A stretch of DNA of 53,592 nt from a virus (taxonomy: Duplodnaviria; Caudoviricetes), in the IMG/VR virus record IMGVR_UViG_3300033143_005707, positions 1 to 53,592 of that record, one strand, 5' to 3'. Positions 19,090-28,750 of this stretch are shown piece after piece. The translations under genes were made by a program, and so were the position numbers. The notes under the pieces were generated by a model. That model was not told where the DNA came from. It saw only the letters and a list, made by a program, of their open reading frames with translations, and did not search any database. The first letter of the stretch is position 1. Each line of letters opens with the position of its first letter.

Positions 19090-19290
19090 ATGCTTAGAAT
19101 AAATTACATACCAGAAGATATTAAAGTCGGTGGTTTCTTTAATAATTTTGAAGAGGCTGAACAATTTATAGAAAATGATATGCTTAGTCCTGACATGATG
19201 GATTATGAAATTATAGATGAACATGGCGATCCGGTTGAATGTGAAACGCCAAACTGGGAAATGAATTATCTTAACTTGTCAACGCAGTAA
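19090..19290 (+). CDS. Small acidic hypothetical protein
   Basis: GGAG RBS. Confidence 0.6.
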   Translation: MLRINYIPEDIKVGGFFNNFEEAEQFIENDMLSPDMMDYEIIDEHGDPVECETPNWEMNYLNLSTQ

Positions 19291-19301
19291 GGAGAATAAT
19301 C

Positions 19302-19556
19302 ATGGAACTATTATTAAAAGTAAATGCAACAGAATCTGAAATATATAATGGTAAAATTGAATTAGCTGAATTACAGGAAGCAGTTGGAGGAGGGCTGATT
19401 GAAATTATCAATTTAAGGAATGCAATAATGATAGTAAATGAGGAAGGCTTAATTAAAGAATTTCCTTATAACATTTTAGCTTCCGGCTATGCAGGAATTC
19501 CAATTGTTGGTCAAGCAGTTTTATTAACGCATGAAAGCATGGAGAAACTAAAATGA
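19302..19556 (+). CDS. DUF3846-like protein
   Basis: LQEAVGG..IE, MIVNEEG, N..AS, IVG.AVL. Confidence 0.7.
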   Translation: MELLLKVNATESEIYNGKIELAELQEAVGGGLIEIINLRNAIMIVNEEGLIKEFPYNILASGYAGIPIVGQAVLLTHESMEKLK

Positions 19557-19735
19557 AAAAACATACACCATGGATTTCAACCATAAGAGTTTTCTCACCA
19601 AGTGCAAAAGAACTGCAAGCAATAATGGTCATGGAAAATAAAATGGTCTGCACAATTAATGCAAGCAGTTTAAATTTCGCGGCAAAGTGCGGCAATGAAA
19701 TTATTTTTAAATTAATAAAGGAGAGCAGAACATGA
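19553..19735 (+). CDS. Hypothetical protein
   Basis: ATGA-coupled ORF. Confidence 0.5.
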   Translation: MKKHTPWISTIRVFSPSAKELQAIMVMENKMVCTINASSLNFAAKCGNEIIFKLIKESRT

Positions 19736-19896
19736 AAACTTTATTTTTATTATTATCATTAATTTTTCTAACAAGTTGTTGCGGTTGGAAAAGTATTTTA
19801 GATACAGAATCAAAATACTATCAGGCACACCCTGACAGAGAAGGTTCAGTATTTCAGCAAATAAGGGAAGACAGAATAGGAGCAGGCGATGAATAA
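19732..19896 (+). CDS. Small lipoprotein, 54 aa (not in ORF track)
   Basis: MKTLFLLLSLIFLTSC lipobox; AGGAGA RBS, ATGA overlap. Confidence 0.7.
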   Translation: MKTLFLLLSLIFLTSCCGWKSILDTESKYYQAHPDREGSVFQQIREDRIGAGDE

Positions 19897-20164
19897 TAAA
19901 GTAAATGATATTCCATTAATGAGAGTTTGTTCCGTGTGGCTTGCATTTGACAATGCGGATTATTCTAGAATAAAATTATGGTCACAAATAATTTGCTGCC
20001 CTGAAGCAGCACTGGAAGAATCTATTAAAAATGTTCAGTACCTGAGGAATAATAAACTTGGAATAAAAACAGAAGATGTTTTTTTAAAACTTATCTATGA
20101 TAGAATGAAAAAGCTAACCACGAGCGGAATGAAAGTTGTGTTCACTGGTATGCGTAAAAAATAA
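19889..20164 (+). CDS. Hypothetical protein
   Basis: AGGAG RBS. Confidence 0.6.
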   Translation: MNNKVNDIPLMRVCSVWLAFDNADYSRIKLWSQIICCPEAALEESIKNVQYLRNNKLGIKTEDVFLKLIYDRMKKLTTSGMKVVFTGMRKK

Positions 20165-20191
20165 ACTTAAATTAAAACTGGAGAATATACC

Positions 20192-21352
20192 ATGAGAAAA
20201 CTACACGCATCACAAAAGAAAATGATTCTTGATTTTGCAGGAATAATTTCAATAAGTAAAATGCCTAAGAAAATTTCAGAAGTTGACACTATCCTTAGTG
20301 CTTTTAAAGAAACTCAACCCGAGCAGTATGCTCATGCCTATGACGTTATTATATTAAGAAAAACAGATAACGTGGATGCAACTTCTATTGTTGCCGCAAA
20401 GGTTTCTGAAATTGTAGAATCCAATGTTGCTATGCAAGAAAGTGAAGCCATAAGAAAAGTCCAGGACGGATTTTTAGCCATAGCCAAAGAATCAAAAGAA
20501 GAAATAAAAATAGAAGCGCAAAGGGAAATTGCAAAAGCAAGAAAAGAGTTTGTTACTTATCAAGTTAAGGTTGGAAATAACAAGCCAAAGAAAATGAAAA
20601 AAGGAACTGTCCTACCGGAAGAGTTTCCTAAGCTATTGGAGTTAGCGCAGGAACGAGTGAATATTTTAATGGTCGGACCTGCAGGATGCGGAAAAACTCA
20701 TGTTGCTGGCTTAATTGCAGATGCCTTGGATTTATCTTTTGCATCCCAGTCATGTTCAGCAGGTGTTAGCGAATCCGTTTTCACTGGCTGGTTATTGCCA
20801 ACAGGAAGCAATGCAAAGTTCACTCATGTTATGTCAGCATTTTTAGATAAGTATGAAAATGGTGGTGTATTTTTACTTGATGAATTAGATGCAAGTGATC
20901 CCAATGTTTTGGTTTTTATTAATCAAGCTCTTGCTAATGATTGCTTTATGGTTCCACAAAGGTTTGAAAAACCATTGTTTAAAAAACATAAAGATTTCAT
21001 TGCAGTTGCGGCAGCGAATACTTTCGGGCATGGTGCTGATGAAATGTACCACGGAAGAAATTCACTTGATGCTGCTACGCTTGATAGATTTAAAATTGGA
21101 ACAGTTGCTATGGACTATAGCACTATAGTTGAGCAAGCTATTATAGAAGCGGAAGTTTTGGAATGGGGATTAGAAGTCCGTCGTTTAATTGCTTCACATA
21201 GTTTGCAAAAAATTATGTCAACGCGAGTAATGAAAGATGCGACTACTATGTTCCGTGGGCAAGATTGGTCAATGCAAGATATTGCGAATAGTTATTTTGC
21301 AGATTGGTCTGCTGAAGAAAAAATGTTAGCTAACGAATTAATGGTGGCTTAA
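20192..21352 (+). CDS. MoxR/CobS-like AAA+ ATPase
   Basis: GPAGCGKT, FLLDELD, AAANT.G.G, LDAATLDRF, STR. Confidence 0.87.
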   Translation: MRKLHASQKKMILDFAGIISISKMPKKISEVDTILSAFKETQPEQYAHAYDVIILRKTDNVDATSIVAAKVSEIVESNVAMQESEAIRKVQDGFLAIAKESKEEIKIEAQREIAKARKEFVTYQVKVGNNKPKKMKKGTVLPEEFPKLLELAQERVNILMVGPAGCGKTHVAGLIADALDLSFASQSCSAGVSESVFTGWLLPTGSNAKFTHVMSAFLDKYENGGVFLLDELDASDPNVLVFINQALANDCFMVPQRFEKPLFKKHKDFIAVAAANTFGHGADEMYHGRNSLDAATLDRFKIGTVAMDYSTIVEQAIIEAEVLEWGLEVRRLIASHSLQKIMSTRVMKDATTMFRGQDWSMQDIANSYFADWSAEEKMLANELMVA

Positions 21353-21353
21353 A

Positions 21354-22241
21354 ATGATTATTAAAGAAAATTCAGAAATGATTAGTGTTCACTTTGATAG
21401 CATGGTTGATTTAATGCAATTTAAACCGGAGGTAGAAAAAAACAAACAAATATTTGATGGATACATAAATGGAAAAAGCAGGAGGCACTATAGAGACGCA
21501 TGGCTTGGGAAAGTTACCACTAGCAAAGAGATAGTCAACATGGCATTGCTAGGGGATAAGGAAACTTATAAAGTCGCATTAGGAAGAATGGAAAAATTCA
21601 ATAGCGATAGAGTAAGTTCTGCATCTCAACATGTGCAAAAGATTAAGCGCATTAAAACCCGTAGTGACATGGGAGATGAATTAGATATCCATAAAGTTTA
21701 TCAAGGAAATTTAAGTCACGCATGGAGCAAAACAAAAAGGATAGAAGTTGATGTAAAGCATCACCTTGTTACTATCTTTTTAAACATAAACGGAAATGGA
21801 ATGGTAAAAGTAGCAGATACGATATGGAGGTGCGCTTTAATTTTAAAGCTAGTTAAGGAAATTCAACTGGCAGGAAAAAGTGTGAAGATAGTTGTTGGTG
21901 GTATGGTATGTAATGCAATGATTCAATCTAGCAAAAAACTAACAACTTCCATTACGGTGAAAAAATATAATGAAACACTTTCACCGGAACGGTTAGCTGC
22001 GATGACTAACATTGGATTTTACCGTGTGTTTGGATTTGCTGCTAAAGAATGTCAGCATAATAATGTTTATTCATCTGGCGGACAACCATTAAGAATTAAT
22101 AATTCTAAAATGACAATTCACTTACAGGAGGAAGTTGATAAAGGTCACACTAAACCAATATTTCTAGATAGAATATTAAATGAACACGATGCAATTAGAG
22201 AATTGAAAAATGCTTTTCAACAAATGAAAAGTTTTACTTAA
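21354..22241 (+). CDS. vWA-like (CobT-like) partner of the AAA+ ATPase
   Basis: Adjacent to MoxR-like gene; GDELDI followed by a vWA-like strand/helix pattern with degenerate MIDAS. Confidence 0.55.
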   Translation: MIIKENSEMISVHFDSMVDLMQFKPEVEKNKQIFDGYINGKSRRHYRDAWLGKVTTSKEIVNMALLGDKETYKVALGRMEKFNSDRVSSASQHVQKIKRIKTRSDMGDELDIHKVYQGNLSHAWSKTKRIEVDVKHHLVTIFLNINGNGMVKVADTIWRCALILKLVKEIQLAGKSVKIVVGGMVCNAMIQSSKKLTTSITVKKYNETLSPERLAAMTNIGFYRVFGFAAKECQHNNVYSSGGQPLRINNSKMTIHLQEEVDKGHTKPIFLDRILNEHDAIRELKNAFQQMKSFT

Positions 22242-22248
22242 TTTGAAT

Positions 22249-22277
22249 TTGCTTTCGAAATAAAAAGTAAGTATCAT
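22249..22277 (+). promoter_or_regulatory. Putative sigma70 promoter
   Basis: TTGCTT-N17-TATCAT, then hairpin TGGCA-ATCA-TGCCA and TAAAAACTGGAGA. Confidence 0.6.
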
Positions 22278-22320
22278 TAGCAAATGGCAATCATGCCAAA
22301 TAAAAACTGGAGAAACAACA

Positions 22321-23109
22321 ATGAGCAAGTATTTAATAAATGCAGATTTCACTATTGTAATGAAAGGCAAAGCCGTCACTCGTAGTAAATTGGAAACTGA
22401 AGATTTTATTTATGATACAGATGGCGACGGTCTTTCAGTTGCACAAATGAAAGAAGTTGCTAAGGCAAATGGAATTAAAACGAAAGGGAAGTCAGCAAAA
22501 GATATTAAAGCATCATTTGATGATGCATTATCAAAACTCAAATTACCGGAGAAAAGAAAAATGAGCGAAACGGAAAATGTTGTAAAAATTGTCAAAGACG
22601 GTGTAGCAGCAAAAACCTCGGAAGATGAAATATTAATTGAAATTGTTCAGTCGGGCATCAAGTTCCAACAAGCAATTAAAATGATGAAAAATGCCATGAT
22701 TGAACTTGGCTTTTCAATTAATTCAAAAGAGCGTTATGAAAAAGCTAAAGGGCTCTTGGAAGATGATGATTTTGAGCCAGAAGAATATTCTGAAGTTGTT
22801 AGCATGGCCAAAGAATTATCTGAAAAAATTGGTGGCACTACAGAAGCGCAAGCACTTCAGCAAATTCGTAAATATTGTAAGGAATTTGAAGTTGACCTTC
22901 CTAAGAAAGTTAAGGAAAAGAAAACTTCTTTGGCTATCCGCGTTATGACTTGGATTGTTTCAAACTGGGAATCCGAAACTAGCGAACTTGAAGAATGGCT
23001 AGAAGAACTTGAAACAAGTGAAAAAGCTATTTCCAAGTTTACAAAACAATTTGATGCAGTTAAGAAAGAAATTGAAACACAAGAAAAAGCTGACGCTGAT
23101 TCAAAATAA
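22321..23109 (+). CDS. Highly charged (K/E-rich) helical protein of unknown function
   Basis: 262-aa ORF with its own promoter and terminator. Confidence 0.75.
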   Translation: MSKYLINADFTIVMKGKAVTRSKLETEDFIYDTDGDGLSVAQMKEVAKANGIKTKGKSAKDIKASFDDALSKLKLPEKRKMSETENVVKIVKDGVAAKTSEDEILIEIVQSGIKFQQAIKMMKNAMIELGFSINSKERYEKAKGLLEDDDFEPEEYSEVVSMAKELSEKIGGTTEAQALQQIRKYCKEFEVDLPKKVKEKKTSLAIRVMTWIVSNWESETSELEEWLEELETSEKAISKFTKQFDAVKKEIETQEKADADSK

Positions 23110-23139
23110 AATATAAAATGAAATTTATTTTATAAAATA

Positions 23140-23176
23140 GAAATGGGATTCGCTTCGGCGTTTCCCATTTTTTTTT
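23140..23176 (+). terminator. Rho-independent terminator
   Basis: AAATGGGA-TT-CGC-TTCG-GCG-TT-TCCCATTT then T-run. Confidence 0.85.
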
Positions 23177-23423
23177 GGATATAGAAAATCCATGGAAAGT
23201 GGCGCATTTTAAGCCCGTATGGGGTGCGCTGGTTTTTGGCCTATACTGGCAAGGCAAAAAGGCAAAAGCCATAGAGCCAGCCTCTATGCCATATACAGGC
23301 CATTTTTAAGCAATCCTGCCCTAGTAGGCAATAGGCATAAAAACTCCTGAGAATGGCTTAGAATTCCTTAGGTGGCACTTATAAAAAGGCATTTTTTATG
23401 CCATAGCAGGTCTCCAAAAACAC

Positions 23424-24326
23424 ATGAAAAAAATTTTATTTCACAGTTTCTCTTTCCATCATGATAAATATATGAAAAAAATTCATGAAATTATCAGCGG
23501 AAGTATTTTTATCAGCCAAGAAAATAAATCTAAAATTGAAAATTGTGATTTTGAAATTGGGGTAACAAACTCGTATTTAGGATTCAACACCACGGACTTG
23601 ATTAAAAGAAAATCTAAAGAAAGCAAGTTAATTTCCTTATGCCATACAACTTTTGGATGGAGCGAGAATATCAGTTTAAGCCGATTAAATGAAAACGGTT
23701 TTATTTTTGCTGCCCCAGAATTTTGGAAAGTAAAAGAAAAAGAAAGGGTAATTTCCTACCGTGGTCATTATATGATGTTGTATCACTATTTTAATAAACC
23801 AGCTATAGAAAAAATAGATGGTGTTTTATACCTGCCTCCTTCTGGGATTAAAAAAATAGAAGAAGTTATGGAAATAATTAAAAACATAAAACAAAAAATT
23901 TATATTAAGCTGCATCCAATTAGTGAGCTAGATAACTTTCCCATAAATTGGTCTGAATCTGCAAAAGGTTTGCAGCTAAAAGATTATAAGAAAATTGAAA
24001 GTGATAGAATCAAAATTATAACAAGCAAGGAAATGTCATTGGAAATGGCAATAGATGCTTTTGATTTTATTATAGGAACGCCTCCAACTTCCGCACTTAT
24101 AGAAGCGATAGCAAGAGGCAAAATATATAATCAGAATAAGAAAGTTATTTATACAAATAATATGGAAGGGATCCCTGAAAAATACGGGATAGAATTTTCT
24201 AGTTCGCCAAAGATAAAAAACTTTGGTACAATTAATGAATCAGTTATTAATCAAATTGTTATCGGTAAAGAAAAACAAGTAAATGAAATTAAAAAACTTT
24301 TAAGCATGGAGATAGAAAATGGGTAA
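23424..24326 (+). CDS. Divergent GT-B-like transferase (HP motif; sialyl/Kdo/glycerophosphotransferase-like)
   Basis: ISLCH, VLYLPP, IYIKLHP, DFIIG...TSALIEAI pattern of GT-B C-terminal domains. Confidence 0.5.
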   Translation: MKKILFHSFSFHHDKYMKKIHEIISGSIFISQENKSKIENCDFEIGVTNSYLGFNTTDLIKRKSKESKLISLCHTTFGWSENISLSRLNENGFIFAAPEFWKVKEKERVISYRGHYMMLYHYFNKPAIEKIDGVLYLPPSGIKKIEEVMEIIKNIKQKIYIKLHPISELDNFPINWSESAKGLQLKDYKKIESDRIKIITSKEMSLEMAIDAFDFIIGTPPTSALIEAIARGKIYNQNKKVIYTNNMEGIPEKYGIEFSSSPKIKNFGTINESVINQIVIGKEKQVNEIKKLLSMEIENG

Positions 24327-24621
24327 GAGTGATGAGAAATTTGTAGTTAAAGAATTAATGGCAGCAGCAGAACTATATAAAGAAAGGAATGCCGAGTATG
24401 GCGACAACTATAAAAAAGTTGGTCAGCTGATGCTTGCATACTTTCCAGATGGAATAACTTTAAAAGAAGAAAAAGATTTTATAAGGTATTCAATGTTCAG
24501 TGCCGTGGTTAATAAAATGTTCCGCTATGCAGTAAAATTTGATGATGGCGGGCATTATGATTCCGCTCGTGATGCTGCTGTTTATGCAACAATGTTAAAT
24601 GAGATTGACCATGAAGAATAA
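24319..24621 (+). CDS. Nucleotide-modification-associated (Nmad1/DUF1599-like) helical protein
   Basis: ERNAEYGD, K..RY, DS..D..VYA.M pattern. Confidence 0.6.
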   Translation: MGKSDEKFVVKELMAAAELYKERNAEYGDNYKKVGQLMLAYFPDGITLKEEKDFIRYSMFSAVVNKMFRYAVKFDDGGHYDSARDAAVYATMLNEIDHEE

Positions 24622-25159
24622 AGATAAAATAATATTAGACACGGAAACAACTGGTTTGCTTGAACCTGCTGCTGCTTTAGTTTCTCAACAGCCATACATG
24701 ATTGAAATTTATGCTGCACGACTAGACCATAAAAATAAAATTATAGATGAAATTGAAACTTTTATTAGCTGTCCTATTGAAATTCCAAAGTTTATAACTA
24801 AGATAACAAATATAGATGATGACATGTTGCTAGGTGCTCCGGATTTCATAGAAATATATAAACCGCTAACTGAATTATTCTTGGGAACAACTGAATTAAT
24901 CGGACATAACATTAGTTTTGATGCTGGCATAATATGGGCTGCATTAAAAAGGATAGATAGAGAGTTTAAGTTTCCATGGTGTCCGGAGTGGTATTGTACA
25001 ATGGAAAATAGCATGTACTTGGAAAACAAAAGATTAAAACTTTCTAGGTTGCATGAATATGCTACAGGCAAGCCTCATAAGGATGGTGCTCACCGTGCGA
25101 AACAAGATGTGCTTGCAACTTTAAGATGTTATGAATGGTTACAGGAGCAGGGAAAATGA
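24611..25159 (+). CDS. dnaQ: DEDDh 3'-5' exonuclease (Pol III epsilon-like)
   Basis: LDTETTG, GHNISFD, HRAKQDV. Confidence 0.88.
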   Translation: MKNKDKIILDTETTGLLEPAAALVSQQPYMIEIYAARLDHKNKIIDEIETFISCPIEIPKFITKITNIDDDMLLGAPDFIEIYKPLTELFLGTTELIGHNISFDAGIIWAALKRIDREFKFPWCPEWYCTMENSMYLENKRLKLSRLHEYATGKPHKDGAHRAKQDVLATLRCYEWLQEQGK

Positions 25160-25341
25160 AAATGATAAAAACAAATGAAGAAGAAAAAATAGAAGTCGCA
25201 AGAGATATGGCTCATCCAAGTGGTAATGAGTGGCTGGGTGATCCAGAGTTTACATTTAGCAGCCATATATTTTTTGATGGAGAAGATGCAGTTGCATTTT
25301 TCATTATCCTATTTGTAATAATAGTGATTTCACTAAAATGA
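25156..25341 (+). CDS. Small membrane protein
   Basis: C-terminal hydrophobic segment; coupled ORF. Confidence 0.5.
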   Translation: MKMIKTNEEEKIEVARDMAHPSGNEWLGDPEFTFSSHIFFDGEDAVAFFIILFVIIVISLK

Positions 25342-28172
25342 AAAAAATGATTAACCTAGCACTACGCACCGAGTTTTCTTTTCAAAAAACTTATGGCTTC
25401 TTTGATGAAATTATTGACGGACAAGATAAAATTGTAGGAGTAGCAGATATAAATAATACCTTTAGTCATTTTTATCTAAATCAAAAGTGTAAGGAGGTTG
25501 GTAAGAAAGCTATCTTTGGTGTTCGCTTAATGGTTGTTAAAGCACCGGAAGAAAGGATCCCTCCGCGCGGACAATTCGGACCGGAGTATATTTTCATAGC
25601 AAAAAATTATGAAGGCTTAAAAGAAATATATAAACTAGTTGAAAGATCTTATGATTGTTTTTACTATCGTGCCCACGTTGGATTAGTTGATGTTTGGAAA
25701 CTTAGTGAAAATGTAATTGTTATCGCACCACATTTTGAAATGGATGAACGAATAGACTATATAGCAGTATGTAACACAACAAGTTCCATTGCTCTAGCAA
25801 GTTCAATTCCTAAGGTTGCCATAAACAACAACTGGATGGTTGAAGCGGATGATAACGAAGTATATGAATTATTTGCTGGTAAAAGAAAAGTAGAAAAATA
25901 TACTTTCCCTCAGCATATCCTTAGCACTAAGGAATGGATGTTTCACTATAATGATAAAGTGGCAATAAAAAATACGCATGTTATAGCGGACATGTGTGAT
26001 GTAGAGTTTCCTCATGCCGATCCTGTTGTATATAAAGGTAAAGATAAGATAAAAACACTATGCAGAAAAGGTGCAAAAGAAAAAAACATTGATTTAAAAA
26101 ACCCTATATATAAGGCTAGGCTGAAAAGAGAATTAAAATTAATAAAAGATAAAGACTTTATAGATTATTTTATGATTGTGCAGGAAATGGTTCGGAAAGC
26201 AAAAGCTGAAATGTTAGTTGGTCCTTCCCGTGGTTCAAGTGCAGGATCCCTTGTATGTTATTTGCTAGGCATAACCGAAATAGATCCCATCAAATGGGAT
26301 TTAATATTTGAAAGATTTATTGATGTAAATCGTTTTGATATGCCGGACATAGATGTAGATTTTCCAGACATTAAGCGGAGCAAAGTAGTTAAGGAGCTGA
26401 TAAGAACAAATGGAAGGGACAATGTTAAAAACATAGCAACCATTTCTAAAATGAATCCGCGTGGTGCTATAGGTGATTTTGCAAAAGAGCTGGGCATTAA
26501 TCCGGAGGAAGTTGAAGTAATTAAAAATTCTATAATTTCTCGGTCAGGTGGTGATGCCCGTAAAAATTATTGCATAATGGATACGTTTGAAACCACGGAT
26601 ACAGGTAAAGCATTTATAAAAAAATATCCACAGATGGAAGCAGTAGGGCGGATAGAAAAACATTCACGTCATTCCGGTACACATGCAGCAGGTATTATAG
26701 TCGCTACAGAACCATTGCATAATTTCGCAAGTATAGATCCTAGGGATAATACAATTCAAATAGAAGGCAAGTCTGCTGAAAAAATGAATTTGCTTAAAAT
26801 AGATTGTTTAGGTTTGTCAACGCTTACTGTACTTGAAGAAATTGCAGGGTTAATAGGAATGGACTATAGGGATTACTATACTATAGAGGCGGATGACGAT
26901 AAAGTATTTAAAATATTTAGAGAAATAAAAGTAAAGGGAATATTTCAGTTTGAAGGACATGCGCTTGCAGGACTATGTAGAAGTATTAAAGTTACAAACA
27001 TAGAAGATATTATTGCCATAACCGCACTCGCGCGTCCGGGTCCTCTCCATGGTGGTGGTGCTGCAAAATTTGCAAAGATACATTCCGGCCTAGAGGAAAT
27101 TGAATATGTAATGAAAGATAAAGATGTTGAGCGTATAACTAAAAATACGATGGGCGTTATAGTTTACCAAGAACAAATAATGCAAATCCTAAGGGATGTT
27201 GGTGGCTTTCCTTGGGCTTCTGTTGCAACTGTCCGTAAGTTAATATCTAAAAAAAGTGGTATAGAATTATTAAATAAATTCAAGTTGGAATTTATAGAAG
27301 GATCAGTTAAAAAAGGATTAGAAAAAGAAGATGTTGAGGCGGCATGGGAAAAAATATTAAAATTCGCACAGTACGGATTCAATAGAAGTCATGCCGTGGC
27401 TTATGGCCTAGTAAGTTATTGGACTGCATGGGCTAAAGTTTATCACCCCATTGAATTTTTAGTCTCAAATTTAAATCATCCCAAGGGTACTTTTTCATCA
27501 ATGCGTTTAATAAGGGAAATGAAAGAAGACCATAAATTTGAATTTATACCTTTTGATTATGAATTGTCAGAAGACAAATGGAAAATAATAGGAAATAAAG
27601 TTGTTGGTCCATTGACAAATATAGATGGCATAGGAAATGCGAATGCTATTGCTATAATGAAAAAAAGAATAACAGGTGCTCCAAACACGGCAAGCATACA
27701 AAAGAAACTTGATGAACCTAAGACTACATTTGATATCTTATATCCATGTGATCATTATTGGGGAAGGCTTTTCCTATCTCCTAAATCTTTTGGCCTCCCT
27801 AAGAAACCAACGGTCGTTAAAAGAGTTAATAAAAAAGGAACATTTTTTATAGTTGCTCAGCTTATAAAGAAAAATGTTCGTGACCTTAATGAAGCTCGCC
27901 ATGTGTTAAACCGTGGTGGTGAAATTTTAGATGAACATACAAAGCTATTAAACATAACTGTTGAAGATGACACTGGAAGTATAATGTGCAGGGTTAATAG
28001 ATTTGATTTTGATAAGCTGGGAAAGGAAGTTGCGGAAGAAGGTGAAGAGGGAGTAGACTGGTACTTAATAAAAGGAAATATAATTGCAGATGATATTATA
28101 TTTTTGTTCATATCGGAAATTCATAAATTAGGAGACGGGTACAGTGAAGGGCAAACTATTAGAGATATTTGA
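25338..28172 (+). CDS. dnaE: DNA polymerase III alpha subunit (family C)
   Basis: GPSRGSSAGSLV.Y, FERF, MPDIDVDF, HAAG, LLKID.LGL, YQEQIM, YGFNRSHA, OB-fold VEDDTG. Confidence 0.95.
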   Translation: MKKMINLALRTEFSFQKTYGFFDEIIDGQDKIVGVADINNTFSHFYLNQKCKEVGKKAIFGVRLMVVKAPEERIPPRGQFGPEYIFIAKNYEGLKEIYKLVERSYDCFYYRAHVGLVDVWKLSENVIVIAPHFEMDERIDYIAVCNTTSSIALASSIPKVAINNNWMVEADDNEVYELFAGKRKVEKYTFPQHILSTKEWMFHYNDKVAIKNTHVIADMCDVEFPHADPVVYKGKDKIKTLCRKGAKEKNIDLKNPIYKARLKRELKLIKDKDFIDYFMIVQEMVRKAKAEMLVGPSRGSSAGSLVCYLLGITEIDPIKWDLIFERFIDVNRFDMPDIDVDFPDIKRSKVVKELIRTNGRDNVKNIATISKMNPRGAIGDFAKELGINPEEVEVIKNSIISRSGGDARKNYCIMDTFETTDTGKAFIKKYPQMEAVGRIEKHSRHSGTHAAGIIVATEPLHNFASIDPRDNTIQIEGKSAEKMNLLKIDCLGLSTLTVLEEIAGLIGMDYRDYYTIEADDDKVFKIFREIKVKGIFQFEGHALAGLCRSIKVTNIEDIIAITALARPGPLHGGGAAKFAKIHSGLEEIEYVMKDKDVERITKNTMGVIVYQEQIMQILRDVGGFPWASVATVRKLISKKSGIELLNKFKLEFIEGSVKKGLEKEDVEAAWEKILKFAQYGFNRSHAVAYGLVSYWTAWAKVYHPIEFLVSNLNHPKGTFSSMRLIREMKEDHKFEFIPFDYELSEDKWKIIGNKVVGPLTNIDGIGNANAIAIMKKRITGAPNTASIQKKLDEPKTTFDILYPCDHYWGRLFLSPKSFGLPKKPTVVKRVNKKGTFFIVAQLIKKNVRDLNEARHVLNRGGEILDEHTKLLNITVEDDTGSIMCRVNRFDFDKLGKEVAEEGEEGVDWYLIKGNIIADDIIFLFISEIHKLGDGYSEGQTIRDI

Positions 28173-28749
28173 AATTAATTATAAGATGTCTGCGCTAACA
28201 AGATTTTCGCAAACGCACCTTATAAATGAAGAATCAGTTTTGGAACATACTGGTTTTGTTTGCATGATGTCATATTACATTGGTAACAAAATGATAGAGG
28301 AGGGTTGCGATTTAAACATTGGAACGCTCATGTGTAAAGCAGTAGCGCATGACATTGATGAAATTATTACAGGGGATATTCCAAGGCCAACTAAATACTA
28401 TAATGAAGGCATTAGGGAAGCCATTCAATTTATTGAAGAGGAAAACATGGAAAAAATATCCACGCAAATGGATTTTGGATATATGTTTGATGACTGGAGC
28501 GAAGCAAAAAGAGGAAAAGAGGGTGGCATTGTTGCGCTTAGTGATGCACTAGCGATACTATATAAGGTATATTATGAGGCTGTTAAGTTTGGCAATAAAA
28601 CAATTATAGATCATTTTAGATTTATTCCAGCGTCCCTTGAAAGAATAGAAAAAAGAATAATAAAAGATACTGGTCATTCTGATTTTTTGCAATCGCTTAT
28701 AAAAGAAGCTAAACTACTATGCTTAACAATATCAAAACTGGAGCAGTAG
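28144..28749 (+). CDS. HD-domain 5'-deoxynucleotidase (YfbR/DatZ-like)
   Basis: RF, ESVLEH, HDIDEIITGDIP.PTK, V..SD. Confidence 0.85.
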   Translation: MKGKLLEIFEINYKMSALTRFSQTHLINEESVLEHTGFVCMMSYYIGNKMIEEGCDLNIGTLMCKAVAHDIDEIITGDIPRPTKYYNEGIREAIQFIEEENMEKISTQMDFGYMFDDWSEAKRGKEGGIVALSDALAILYKVYYEAVKFGNKTIIDHFRFIPASLERIEKRIIKDTGHSDFLQSLIKEAKLLCLTISKLEQ

Positions 28750-28750
28750 A

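Noticed and set aside
20192-21352. AAA+ protein as a sigma54 activator
   Set aside because: Lacks GAFTGA (has SVFTGW) and DNA-binding HTH; MoxR/CobS-like with vWA partner
28144-28749. DatZ implying a 2-aminoadenine (Z) genome
   Set aside because: No PurZ (adenylosuccinate synthetase-like) gene recognised
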